From an uncultured Candidatus Rokubacteria bacterium (GTDB lineage: Bacteria; Methylomirabilota; Methylomirabilia; Rokubacteriales; DASRDR01), in NCBI GenBank assembly GCA_963826115.1, contig CAWGVS010000010.1:160001-224000 (forward strand): a stretch of 64,000 nucleotides of DNA, read 5' to 3'. The position numbers and the translations under genes are program-made. Shown piece after piece: positions 1 to 8,438 of this stretch (within the stretch, counting starts at the first letter, position 1; each line of letters starts with the position of its first letter). The notes under the pieces were generated by a model. The model saw only the letters and a program-made list of their open reading frames with translations, was not told where the DNA came from and ran no database searches.

Positions 1-10
1 GCTCCACATC

Positions 11-1300
11 GTGGCGTTCAGCGCCGAAGCGGTGGTCGCCGCCCTGGCGGTGTGTGGCGTCCGCGTCGTTCGCACGCTCGGCATCGACGGGGGCACCTCG
101 TATGCCGAGGCCTTCGCCGACCTTCGCGCCACGACGCGACTGGTGAACAGTCAGCCCAACTTCGACGCCCAGTTCATCAACATCCAACGGATCGTCAGCG
201 AGCACGGGATGGACTACGGCCCCCTCGAGGAGCCGATCCGCGTGTTCGTCGGTACCGACGACTCGCAGATGGTGGCCGCGAAAGTGCTCGAGTACTCGAT
301 CCGCAAGTATGCCACTCGGCCGGTCGAGCTAGTGCCGATGCTCAACGTGGTGGCGCCGACGCCCAAGGACCCGCGCAACCGCGCGCGCACGGGATTCTCG
401 TTCGCTCGCCTGATGATTCCGCGGCTCGCCGCCTTCCGCGGCCGGGCCATTTACCTGGACGCGGACATGCTCGTCTTCGGTGACATCTCGGAGATCTGGG
501 AGTTGCCGATGGACGGCGTTCGCGTGCACTGCAGTCGGCAGGACGAGCCGCCGGCCCAGTGGCGCGACAACCCGCACTTCCAGCCGGGCCGACAGATGAG
601 CGTCATGCTTCTCGACTGCGCGCGGCTTGATTGGGACATCGAGGTGATCGTCCGCGGGCTCGATGAGGGGCGATTCACCTACGAGCAGCTGATGTTCGAC
701 CTGTGCATCGTCCCCGCGCGGGAGATCGGCGACGCAATTCCCAGCACATGGAACAGCCTCGAGCATTTCGAGCCCGGCCGCACGCGCCTGCTGCACTTCA
801 CGGACATGACGATGCAACCCTGGCGGTTCTCGCACAACCCGCGCGGGTCGATCTGGCGGGCGTTCTATCGCGAGGCGGTTGAAGCAGGCGCCGTCGCGCC
901 CGAGTTGATCGAGGCGGGTGCCGCCGCCGGTTACCTGATGCCTGCCCTGCGCCACGATCTGGCTCTTGCCGCCTCCAGCCGGCCCACCGTGCGAGCGTTG
1001 GCGTCGGGCGACGGGGTGGGTTCCGAACGACAGCGGGCGCTGGAGCTGGAGGCGATGGCGCTCCGGGCCGAGCTGGATGCCATCCGTCGACAGCCGACCG
1101 ACGTCGGACGTTGCGCCCAGTGCGAGGCCCTCAGCGCCCAGTGCGAGGCCCTCAGCGCCCAGTGCGAGGCCCTCGGCGCCCAGCGCGAGGCCCTCGGCGC
1201 CCAGCTGGCATCTCTCCGAGCCTCGTTGTCGTGGAGAGTGTTCCGGGCGGTCACGCAGCCGTTCCGCGCCACGCGCCGATGGCTTCGACGCTCGGAATGA
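11..1300 (+). CDS. GT-A fold glycosyltransferase (GT8-like) with C-terminal coiled coil; probably 5'-truncated by the window edge
   Basis: VFVGTD...VLEYSI, FSFARLMIP and YLDADMLVFGDI (DxD) motifs; WNSLEH/LLHFT; C-terminal heptad repeats and SWR..TQPFR amphipathic tail typical of surface-polysaccharide GTs. Confidence 0.75.
   Translation: MAFSAEAVVAALAVCGVRVVRTLGIDGGTSYAEAFADLRATTRLVNSQPNFDAQFINIQRIVSEHGMDYGPLEEPIRVFVGTDDSQMVAAKVLEYSIRKYATRPVELVPMLNVVAPTPKDPRNRARTGFSFARLMIPRLAAFRGRAIYLDADMLVFGDISEIWELPMDGVRVHCSRQDEPPAQWRDNPHFQPGRQMSVMLLDCARLDWDIEVIVRGLDEGRFTYEQLMFDLCIVPAREIGDAIPSTWNSLEHFEPGRTRLLHFTDMTMQPWRFSHNPRGSIWRAFYREAVEAGAVAPELIEAGAAAGYLMPALRHDLALAASSRPTVRALASGDGVGSERQRALELEAMALRAELDAIRRQPTDVGRCAQCEALSAQCEALSAQCEALGAQREALGAQLASLRASLSWRVFRAVTQPFRATRRWLRRSE
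1115..1204 (+). repeat. 21-bp tandem repeat (about 4.3 copies) encoding AQCEALS/AQCEALG/AQREALG heptads
   Basis: Unit gcccagtgcgaggccctcagc starts at 1115, 1136, 1157 and 1178 with 0-2 substitutions. Confidence 0.95.
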
Positions 1301-1346
1301 ACGGGTCGGGCGCCGTCGATCACTACTCCCGCCCGGTCCCGTAGCC

Positions 1347-2357
1347 GTGTGGGCCTGGAAGCCGAAGTCCCGGGATCCGAGGGTCGCCAGCGTCCGCTAC
1401 CGATGTCTGATCCCGCTCGGGGCGCTCAGGCGCCGGGGTCTCCCGATCACGCTCTTCGACGAGCGCGACGTCGACGAGTACGAGGGAGTCATCTTCTCCA
1501 AGTCCTACGACGAGGCGGATCGGAGCGTCGCACGGCGTCTCCGATCCCGGGGCCGCGCGTCGATCCTCGATCTCTGCGACAACCATTTCTACAATCCCTA
1601 CGCCCTTCCCTTCTACGAGACGGCACGACAGAGCCTGCTGGAGATGATCGGCCTGTGCGACCGGGTCGTCTGCTCGACCGAAACTCTCGCCGGAATCGTG
1701 TCGAACGAGGCGCGCCTCGAGATCCGCCCGCTGGTGGTGGGGGACCCGGTGGAGCGCTTCGCGCATTCCGCCACCCGACGCGGACAGTTCCGGCTCCGCC
1801 GGCTCGGGCGCATCGTCCCCCTCGCTCGCCGTCGACTTCTCTGGTTTGGCATCCACGGCTCCCCGAACGCGCCATGCGGAATGGCGGACATCGCGTCCGT
1901 GGCGGAACCGCTGGAGGCGGCGGGCCGAGAGACACCTTTCGTGCTGGTCGTATGCAGCGATAGCCGCGAGGAATTCGATCGACGGGTCCGCCCGCTGCCT
2001 TGCGCCTCGTCCTACGTCGAGTACGACGTCGCTTCGTTCCCCCGGCTCCTGTCGTCGGCCGATGGCGTGATCCTGCCGATCGGCCGCAATCCCTTCACGC
2101 TCGCGAAGTCGCACAATCGTCTGACCACGGCCCTGATCGCCGGCGTCCCGGTGGTTGCCGACGGGATCCCGAGCTACCGGGAGTTCGCGGACTTCTGCCA
2201 CCTCGACGAATGGTCGCGCGGACTTCGCGAAATCCTGCAGGAACCGAGGACGGCCCGGCGGCGCGCCGCCGCGGCCAGGCCGTACATTGACACGAACTGG
2301 AATCTGGATCGGGTGGCGGACTCCTGGGCGGCGGCCATCGGCTTGAGGCCCCGGTGA
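1347..2357 (+). CDS. GT-B fold glycosyltransferase-like protein (start uncertain)
   Basis: ASVRYRC, LDLCDNHF, LLWFG, KSHNRL..AL.AGVPVVA (GT4-like C-terminal motif). In-frame GTG at 1347; the ATG at 1297 overlapping the upstream stop is one base out of frame. Confidence 0.7.
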   Translation: MWAWKPKSRDPRVASVRYRCLIPLGALRRRGLPITLFDERDVDEYEGVIFSKSYDEADRSVARRLRSRGRASILDLCDNHFYNPYALPFYETARQSLLEMIGLCDRVVCSTETLAGIVSNEARLEIRPLVVGDPVERFAHSATRRGQFRLRRLGRIVPLARRRLLWFGIHGSPNAPCGMADIASVAEPLEAAGRETPFVLVVCSDSREEFDRRVRPLPCASSYVEYDVASFPRLLSSADGVILPIGRNPFTLAKSHNRLTTALIAGVPVVADGIPSYREFADFCHLDEWSRGLREILQEPRTARRRAAAARPYIDTNWNLDRVADSWAAAIGLRPR

Positions 2358-2490
2358 GTCGTGGGAGAAAGCGCCGGCCGCGCCGCCCTTCCCGGAAGCC
2401 CGGCGCTAGGATCGAGAGGGGGCGCTTCGCCGCGTGGTCTCCCGGAGGCGAGTGGGGACCATGTAACTACCGAAGAAAAATGGCCGGACG

Positions 2491-2994
2491 CTAGGCCGGG
2501 GCCGGCTGGCGGCGCCGCGAGCGGACGACCTCCGCGGGGGCGCGATCGCCGCTCGGCCGGGGCGGCGCGCTCTCCGGCCGCGCGCCCGAGTCGGGGTAAA
2601 CGGCCGCGCCCGCGCGGGGCCGCCGGCGCTCGGTACGGCGCTGCTCCTCGGCGGCCGGACCCGCGGCCACGCGGCGCCGCTGGCCGACGCGCCGCTCGTA
2701 GAGGACCTCGACGCCCGTCCCGGCCAGCGCGCGGCGCAGGACACGGTAGAGCTCCCGCTGGTGGTGATCCACGATGAGCAGCCACCGCGGCGCCGTCACC
2801 GCGTCGGGCCCCGTGTGACGCGCCGCGTCGGCCTTCCGGTCCTCGATCGGCCGGAACCAGCCGGCGAGCGGGACGGTGCCGCTCCGGTCGCACCAGGGAC
2901 AGCGCTGCGCCACGGTGAGGCAGTCGCAGTCGAGGCACAGCCGTGCCTGCTGGAGCGACAGTCCGGCCGGTCGGGAAGGTCCGGTCATCGGCAT
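2491..2994 (-). CDS. Hypothetical protein: CxxC-x9-CxxC zinc ribbon fused to an Arg-rich ERR-repeat domain
   Basis: CLDCDCLTVAQRCPWC, then LLIVDHHQRELYRVLRRAL..VEVLYERRVGQRRR..QRRTERRR; sigma-54 promoter directly upstream; ATG at 2994 or 2988. Confidence 0.65.
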   Translation of the reverse strand: MPMTGPSRPAGLSLQQARLCLDCDCLTVAQRCPWCDRSGTVPLAGWFRPIEDRKADAARHTGPDAVTAPRWLLIVDHHQRELYRVLRRALAGTGVEVLYERRVGQRRRVAAGPAAEEQRRTERRRPRAGAAVYPDSGARPESAPPRPSGDRAPAEVVRSRRRQPAPA

Positions 2995-3015
2995 ACCAGC
3001 GTCCACTCGGATGGA

Positions 3016-3031
3016 AGCAAGGGCGAGGCCA
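3016..3031 (-). promoter_or_regulatory. Sigma-54 (-24/-12) promoter
   Basis: Minus strand TGGCCTCGCCCTTGCT = GG-N10-GC with TTGC, just upstream of the 2994 start. Confidence 0.7.
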
Positions 3032-3128
3032 CGGTCTCGTCGTGGCTAACCTCGCGGAATCATGATGCGGCGATCCTGACGCTCGACGGCGAGTCGCCAA
3101 AATGGGACGGTACGCCTGCGCGAATCCG

Positions 3129-3806
3129 TCAGTTGGATGCCGTCAGCCGGACGGAGTGGAGAAACGCCTCCCCCTCCTCGACCAGCGGCTCGCCCGGGGC
3201 CAGGAGGGACGGCGTCCCCTTGACGCGCCGCTCACTGTAGCCGACGGTGACGATGCGCCGGGGATGGGTCGGGTGGAGGCAATCCACGCCGCGCGTGGTC
3301 GTCAGGAGGACCTTCCCGCGGAGCGCCGGGCTGGGATGGTTCTGCTCCTCCTCCTGCTGCTCCCACCGGACGCACTCGCCGCCGAGGGCCTGGTCGACCC
3401 GGACCTCCGTCAGGGTGATCACGTACGCCGTTTCCCTTCGCTGGAGCTCCTCGACCCCCCGCCGCTTGAACGCGACGAGGTCCTCCGCGCGCGCGGGTCG
3501 CCCGTCGACCTCCGCGACCCACGCGGCCGCGTACACGGTCGGGACCGGCTCCGTTCCCACCTTCTTCGTGAAGTGGATCCGGCCCCGTGCGGGCGGAAGC
3601 GCGTACCAGTCGGCGCCGGGCGGCGCGCCGACCGAGAACCCCGGTCCCGCGAATCGCTGCGCGGGATCGCGGCCGGGCGTCAGGGTCGTCGTCGCGCAGC
3701 CCGTCGCGGCCAGGATCGTCAGTCCCGCGAGCGCCGCCGTCAGGAGCGTCGATCGTCCGGTCGGGGTCGCCATCGGAGCCTCCGCGTGGGCGCGCATCGC
3801 GCTCAC
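3129..3806 (-). CDS. Hypothetical lipoprotein
   Basis: Hydrophobic signal ending LAATGC (lipobox-like); GTGA overlap with the upstream gene stop; GC3-rich codons. Confidence 0.65.
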   Translation of the reverse strand: MSAMRAHAEAPMATPTGRSTLLTAALAGLTILAATGCATTTLTPGRDPAQRFAGPGFSVGAPPGADWYALPPARGRIHFTKKVGTEPVPTVYAAAWVAEVDGRPARAEDLVAFKRRGVEELQRRETAYVITLTEVRVDQALGGECVRWEQQEEEQNHPSPALRGKVLLTTTRGVDCLHPTHPRRIVTVGYSERRVKGTPSLLAPGEPLVEEGEAFLHSVRLTASN

Positions 3807-4885
3807 GGCTCCGCCGCGAGGAGCGCCGGGCGGATGCGCGCCTGGAGGTCGGGGTCCTGCTCGTCGAGCATGACGACGTCGCTCCCCTCCGTCGCGGGCG
3901 CGCCGAGGTGCACCGACCGGATCCGGCCGTCCTCGCGGCAGTCCACGGCGAGGATGCGGGCCGGGCGCCCCGCGGCATCGGCCTCCTGGTTCAGGCGGTC
4001 GAGCGTGGTGAGGTCCGCGTGCTCGCAGCCCGGCGGGACGCTGATGCCCGTGACCGAGGTCCCGCGCGCGGCGGCCGGCACCCCCTGGGCCCGCTCCTCC
4101 GCGGCCTGGGCCTCGGCGGAGATCGCGGCGGCCCGCGCGTCCATCGCCTCGGCCTCGGCAGCGCGGCCGCTGGCCCGGAGCGACGCCGCGTACAGCCCGA
4201 GCACCGAGGCCAGCTCGCGAGGCCGCGCGTTGTCCGCGTGCTCATGGAGCCGGATGACTCGCTGGTAGAGGAGGCCGACCTCCGGGCTCGTCGGGGTCGA
4301 CGCGGCCACGAGGCCCGCCAGTCTCAGCGCCGTGAGGGCGGCGTCCTCTGACTCTCCGGCGCCCGCCCGGTCGAGGATCGTGAGGGCGTCGCGGTAGAGC
4401 CGGGTCGCGTCCGCGGTGTTCCGCTCCCCGAGGCGCACGCCGGCGAGGTCGCGCACGGCCATCGAGGCGGCGACGGTGTCCGGCCCGCCGCCATCCTCGC
4501 ACGCCTGTCGCAGCCGCTGAGCCTGCGCGGCGTTCTCCTTGCCGGCTTTCGCGGTCCACCGGCCCAGCTGGACCGGTCCCTCCACCGCCATGGCGAGGCC
4601 GACGGGGTTGCCGGTGGCGAGAAACCCCATGAGCCCGACTCCCACCGCCAGGGGCGCCAGGACGACCGTCGCGGCGGAGCGGCCGGCGACGGACTTCCCG
4701 GCGTAGTCGAGACGCTTCGCGAAGTCCTCGCACTGCCGCGCCACGTCGACCGGCGCCGTCGGGGCGCCCACGCCCTCGCTCGCCGCGGGGCCCGGCCCGC
4801 GACGGGACGCGGCGCAGCCCATCAGGGTGAGGCTCATGACCAGCGCGGCGCCCAGGGCTCGCTGTGTCCACCGGATCCATCCCAT
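3803..4885 (-). CDS. Lipoprotein with tetratricopeptide-like repeats
   Basis: MGWIRW..LTLMGC lipobox; RBS GAGGGAGG; TPR-like helices (ADATRLYRDALTILD, LYQRVIRLHE, LGLYAASLRASGRAAEAEAM). Confidence 0.65.
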   Translation of the reverse strand: MGWIRWTQRALGAALVMSLTLMGCAASRRGPGPAASEGVGAPTAPVDVARQCEDFAKRLDYAGKSVAGRSAATVVLAPLAVGVGLMGFLATGNPVGLAMAVEGPVQLGRWTAKAGKENAAQAQRLRQACEDGGGPDTVAASMAVRDLAGVRLGERNTADATRLYRDALTILDRAGAGESEDAALTALRLAGLVAASTPTSPEVGLLYQRVIRLHEHADNARPRELASVLGLYAASLRASGRAAEAEAMDARAAAISAEAQAAEERAQGVPAAARGTSVTGISVPPGCEHADLTTLDRLNQEADAAGRPARILAVDCREDGRIRSVHLGAPATEGSDVVMLDEQDPDLQARIRPALLAAEP

Positions 4886-4940
4886 CGTCGGGCCTCCCTC
4901 GTGGTCGGGGTGAGATGTGCGACGCATGCCCAGTCAACGA

Positions 4941-4957
4941 GGCACGAAGGGTGCCAG
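4941..4957 (-). promoter_or_regulatory. Sigma-54 (-24/-12) promoter
   Basis: Minus strand CTGGCACCCTTCGTGCC = TGGCAC, GG-N10-GC, about 55 bp upstream of the 4885 start. Confidence 0.65.
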
Positions 4958-5276
4958 CGCCGAAGAGCCCGAGACGATTAGGATTTCCGACTCCGCCCGA
5001 GTCTGGGACCCGCTGGGTCCCCCAGCGGAGCTGGGGGGAACGTCGTCAGTCGCTCACGAGCGGGGAGCAGTCGCGGCGCACTCGCCGATGAGGCCGGGGC
5101 CGCCGTCCAGGGGGCTGGACCCGTAAGGCCCCGCCATGCTCTGCTGGCCGAGGATCGGCAGGGGACCCGGAGCCGCTCGGGAACATTCGCGCGGCGCGGC
5201 CCGTTGCCTCATCGAGAGGCGCCGGCCTCACGTCGACGTGCACGACCAACGATCATCCCGAACCGAAGGGGGCACC

Positions 5277-6081
5277 ATGACGAGCGGGTGGCGGTGGGCT
5301 AGTCGGTGGAGCGGTGGCGGCGATGCTGGCCCTGTCGGCCGGCCCGGCGCCGGCCCAGTCGGGGCCGGTCAAGATGGAGTGGCTGTCGTGGTCCATCTTC
5401 CGGTTCACGTCGCCGGGCGGCAAGATCATCGTGACGAATCCGTTCGTCACGAACCCCGACAGCCCGGTCAAGGTGCCGGACTTCCCGAAGGCCGACGTGA
5501 TCCTCGTCGCCGACGGGCATCCTGACGAGGTCGGGTCGGCGCACGAGATCGCGATCCAGACCGGGGCGAAGGTCGTCACGCCCCACGAGATGTGGGCGAA
5601 TTTCTTCCAGCCGCGCAACGTGCCAGAGGCCCAGATGTTCCGGAGCCACCCCGGCGACTGGTACCGGTTCGACGGCATCACGGTGCGCAACGTCAACTCG
5701 GTGCACGGGTCGGGGACGCCCGACAAGTACGGCGGGCCCGCCATGGGGTTCATCATTCAGTTCGAGAACGGCCTGAGCGTCTACTTCGCCGGCAGCACGG
5801 CGCTGACCATGGACATGCAGCTGTGGGGCATGCTCTACAAGCCCGACGTGGCGATCCTGCCCCTGAACGCGAACCGGGACCCGCAGGACATGGTCCACAT
5901 GGTCCGGCTCCTCCGCACGGAGAACCCGAACCTGAAGACGGTCATTCCCCACCACCACCGGCTGCAGCCGCCGGCGGGCGCGCCGACCCCCGCCACGCTG
6001 GAAGCCGCGCTCAAGGCCTCGGGGATGCCGGTGACGGTCCTGAACCCGGATCTCCGGAAGGTCTACGACCTGACGAAGTAG
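5277..6081 (+). CDS. Exported metallo-beta-lactamase-fold hydrolase (UPF0173-like); apparent +1 frameshift near 5298 in the signal peptide
   Basis: KMEWLSWSIFRFTSPGGKIIVTNPF, ADVILVADGHPDE, VHGS, VYFAGST, VIPHHH. RBS plus ATG at 5277 joins the 5314 frame if one G at about 5298 is removed. Confidence 0.75.
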
Positions 6082-6093
6082 CTCGCCGGTCCT

Positions 6094-6126
6094 CGCTGGA
6101 GGGGGTCCCGGCGACCCCCTTCAGCG
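6094..6126. terminator. GC-rich hairpin between convergent genes
   Basis: cgctggagggggtc-ccggc-gacccccttcagcg inverted repeat. Confidence 0.55.
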
Positions 6127-6130
6127 CGTC

Positions 6131-6472
6131 TCAGTCGCAGCGCTTCAGGAAGATGTCCCAGAGCTTCGCCGGGCGCCCGCTCTCGTTTCGCACGTCGTGG
6201 GGCGTGAGCCCCGGCATCCAGTAGACGCCGCCCGGCGCGAGCTGCTGTCGCCCGGTCGGGCTCTCCACCGTCAGCTCGCCCTCGATCAGGATGCCGATCT
6301 CCGACTCGATGCTCTGGTGCCGGCCGGTGGCGCCGCCGGGCGCGAACGTGAGGAGCGTCACCCGGATCGACGGGTTCTCGAGGACGATCTGGCTCGTCGG
6401 GAGCTGCGCCGCCGCGGTCGGAGGGATGAGCGCGCCGGCGAGGAGCGCGAGCGCCGCCAGGGCCGTCTTCAT
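6131..6472 (-). CDS. Exported cupin-domain protein
   Basis: Signal MKTALAALALLAGALIPPTAAA; LENPSIRV..FAPGGATGRH..GELTV..PG.VYWMPGLTPHDVRN cupin motifs; RBS GGAGAG. Confidence 0.8.
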   Translation of the reverse strand: MKTALAALALLAGALIPPTAAAQLPTSQIVLENPSIRVTLLTFAPGGATGRHQSIESEIGILIEGELTVESPTGRQQLAPGGVYWMPGLTPHDVRNESGRPAKLWDIFLKRCD

Positions 6473-6498
6473 GTCGTTCTCTCCTGTCGGTGGGGCGT

Positions 6499-8028
6499 CT
6501 ACCTCGTTTCCACGATGGGCTGGGCGATGATCCAGAGGCTCACCACCGTGTAGCCGACCATCAGCACGAGCATGGGCAGCTGGCTGCGGAGGGCCGCCCG
6601 CCGGTCCCGGTACTCCCGGAGCGCGACGACGTGGGCGACGTACACGGCGAGGACGTGGCCGAGGACGATGGCGACCACGGCCGTGTACCAGACCGCGCGC
6701 GCGCCCACGAGGCCGATGTCCGGCCGGTACCGGGCGGTGCCGAACAGGTTCCAGCCGTAGCCGAACGGGTCGGAGGCGAGCCGGATGAGGAGCTGGCCCT
6801 GGATCAGGAGGTACGTGAAGTAGTGGGCCAGGTGGTACGCGATCGCGATCGGGACCAGCGACAGCACGAAGAGGCGGGCGACCGTGGCCGCCGGGAGCTG
6901 GTCGTCCCCCATCCGGGCCATCCAGCGCGCGAACGCGAGGTAGACGAGGACGAAGAGGAGCGGGAACAGGAGGAGCCCGCCGGTGTCGATGACGGTGAGC
7001 CGCGACTCCCCGAGCGGGGTCAGCGCCGCGTAGAGGGCGCCCTCCAGGCGCGCCCACGCGGGCGTCGCGGTGAACCCGTCGAAGGTCACCGTCGAGAGCA
7101 GGAGGAGCACGAACGCGACCATCGAGGGCGTGACGTCCGCGGTGTTGAGGAGCCCCGCCGCGAAGGGGCGGAGGTTCCACTCGCGCCTCGCGGGCGCGGC
7201 GCGCTCGAAGCACTCGCCGCAGTCGACGCAGGTGCCGTCGCGCGCGCCGCAGGCGACCCCGCACCGTCGGCAGGCCTCGCGGTCGGTGACGCGGACCTCC
7301 GTCGGGGAGAAGCGCGCGAGGACGCCGAAGGCCGTCGCGAAGGGGTCGCCGTGGCGGAGCCACGAGGCGCGACCGAAGAGCGCCATGCCGGTCCAGGTGA
7401 GGGCGGAGTACGCGACGACGAGGTGGCCGAGCCGGGCCGGGATGCTGCGGCCGGTGTAGATCAGCTCGATCCAGGCGAAGGCCAGGAAGAGCAGGGCCGC
7501 CGGCCAGACGCCGAGCCGCGCCGGGTAGCGGGCCGGCGCGCGCCACGGTCCGAGGAGCGCCTCGGCCCAGCCGAAGAGCGCGGCCCAGGGGTTCACGACC
7601 GCCCACAGGTTGCCGACGAGCGCGGAGAGGTAGGCGAACCCGACCCACCACGCCACCCAGATGAAGGTGGGGGCGAGGTTGCGGGTCGGGCTCTGGTCGC
7701 CGGCCAGGGCGGCGGCGACGACGAGGACCAGGAGCGCGACCGAGGCCAGGCGGACCGCGAACCGGACCCGCCGCCCCGCCAGGACGCGTCCGAGGCGGAG
7801 ACGCAGGAGGTTCAAGCGCCAGTAACCCCGGGCGCCGGGACTCGCCGTGACGAAGAGCCCGATGATCGCGAACGAGAGCGCCACCGCCGCGGCCGCGGCG
7901 GCGGCCCACAGCCAGAACGGGACCGGCAGGTCGTAGCGCTGGCCGAACCCGTGGGCGAGCGCGACCCGCGGCGCCAGCGCCCCGAGGACCGCGGCGCCCC
8001 ACGCCAGCCGACCTCGACGCGCAGTCAC
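6499..8028 (-). CDS. Polytopic membrane protein (family often mislabelled fenitrothion hydrolase) with a six-Cys cluster
   Basis: Signal then AHGFGQRYDLP; about 10 hydrophobic segments; CRRCGVAC-x6-CVDCGEC; LVPIAIAYHLAHYF and DPFGYGWNLFGT motifs. Confidence 0.7.
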   Translation of the reverse strand: MTARRGRLAWGAAVLGALAPRVALAHGFGQRYDLPVPFWLWAAAAAAAVALSFAIIGLFVTASPGARGYWRLNLLRLRLGRVLAGRRVRFAVRLASVALLVLVVAAALAGDQSPTRNLAPTFIWVAWWVGFAYLSALVGNLWAVVNPWAALFGWAEALLGPWRAPARYPARLGVWPAALLFLAFAWIELIYTGRSIPARLGHLVVAYSALTWTGMALFGRASWLRHGDPFATAFGVLARFSPTEVRVTDREACRRCGVACGARDGTCVDCGECFERAAPARREWNLRPFAAGLLNTADVTPSMVAFVLLLLSTVTFDGFTATPAWARLEGALYAALTPLGESRLTVIDTGGLLLFPLLFVLVYLAFARWMARMGDDQLPAATVARLFVLSLVPIAIAYHLAHYFTYLLIQGQLLIRLASDPFGYGWNLFGTARYRPDIGLVGARAVWYTAVVAIVLGHVLAVYVAHVVALREYRDRRAALRSQLPMLVLMVGYTVVSLWIIAQPIVETR

Positions 8029-8050
8029 CGGGCTCCGGCGCGGCGGCGGG

Positions 8051-8416
8051 TCAGCGGGGATGGACTTCGAGATAGCCGACCGTGCGCTCCACGCCCGGCC
8101 CGTGGATCTCCACCGGGAAGCGTCCCGTGGCCTTGGCCGTGAAGCGTAGCTCGGCCGCCGACTGGGGCACGAGGCGGGCCTCGAGGTCGTAGCCGTGGAT
8201 GTGCAGGGTGAACGGCCGGTCGGTCGTCCACCTGAGCGTGACCTCGTCACCCTGCTGGACTCGCACGAGCCGCTGGGCCTCGGGGAGCCGGCCGTCCTTG
8301 AGGGCGAGCTCGACGAGCCGGGGCTCGGCGACGGCGGTGGCGACCAGGAGCGCCGCGAGGACGCCCACGCCGAGGCGCATCCACCGGATACCGACGCGGT
8401 CCCGCGAGCCCGTCAC
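8051..8416 (-). CDS. Exported cupredoxin-like domain protein
   Basis: VRVQQGDEVTLRWTTD..LHIHGYD..LRFTAKATGRFPVEIH..YLEVHP; RBS GAGGGGAGG before GTG at 8416. Confidence 0.65.
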   Translation of the reverse strand: MTGSRDRVGIRWMRLGVGVLAALLVATAVAEPRLVELALKDGRLPEAQRLVRVQQGDEVTLRWTTDRPFTLHIHGYDLEARLVPQSAAELRFTAKATGRFPVEIHGPGVERTVGYLEVHPR

Positions 8417-8438
8417 CCCGACCTCCCCTCGCTCGGCG

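Noticed and set aside
1115-1204. Tandem repeat considered as a CRISPR array
   Set aside because: No spacers, in-frame within a CDS, and no cas genes
2435-2461. Hairpin tggtctcc/ggggacca as an ncRNA
   Set aside because: Short stem between convergent genes, adequately explained as a terminator-like element
5010-5028. Palindrome ccgctggg-tcc-cccagcgg as a REP or operator
   Set aside because: Single copy of a GC-rich 8-bp stem; compatible with chance
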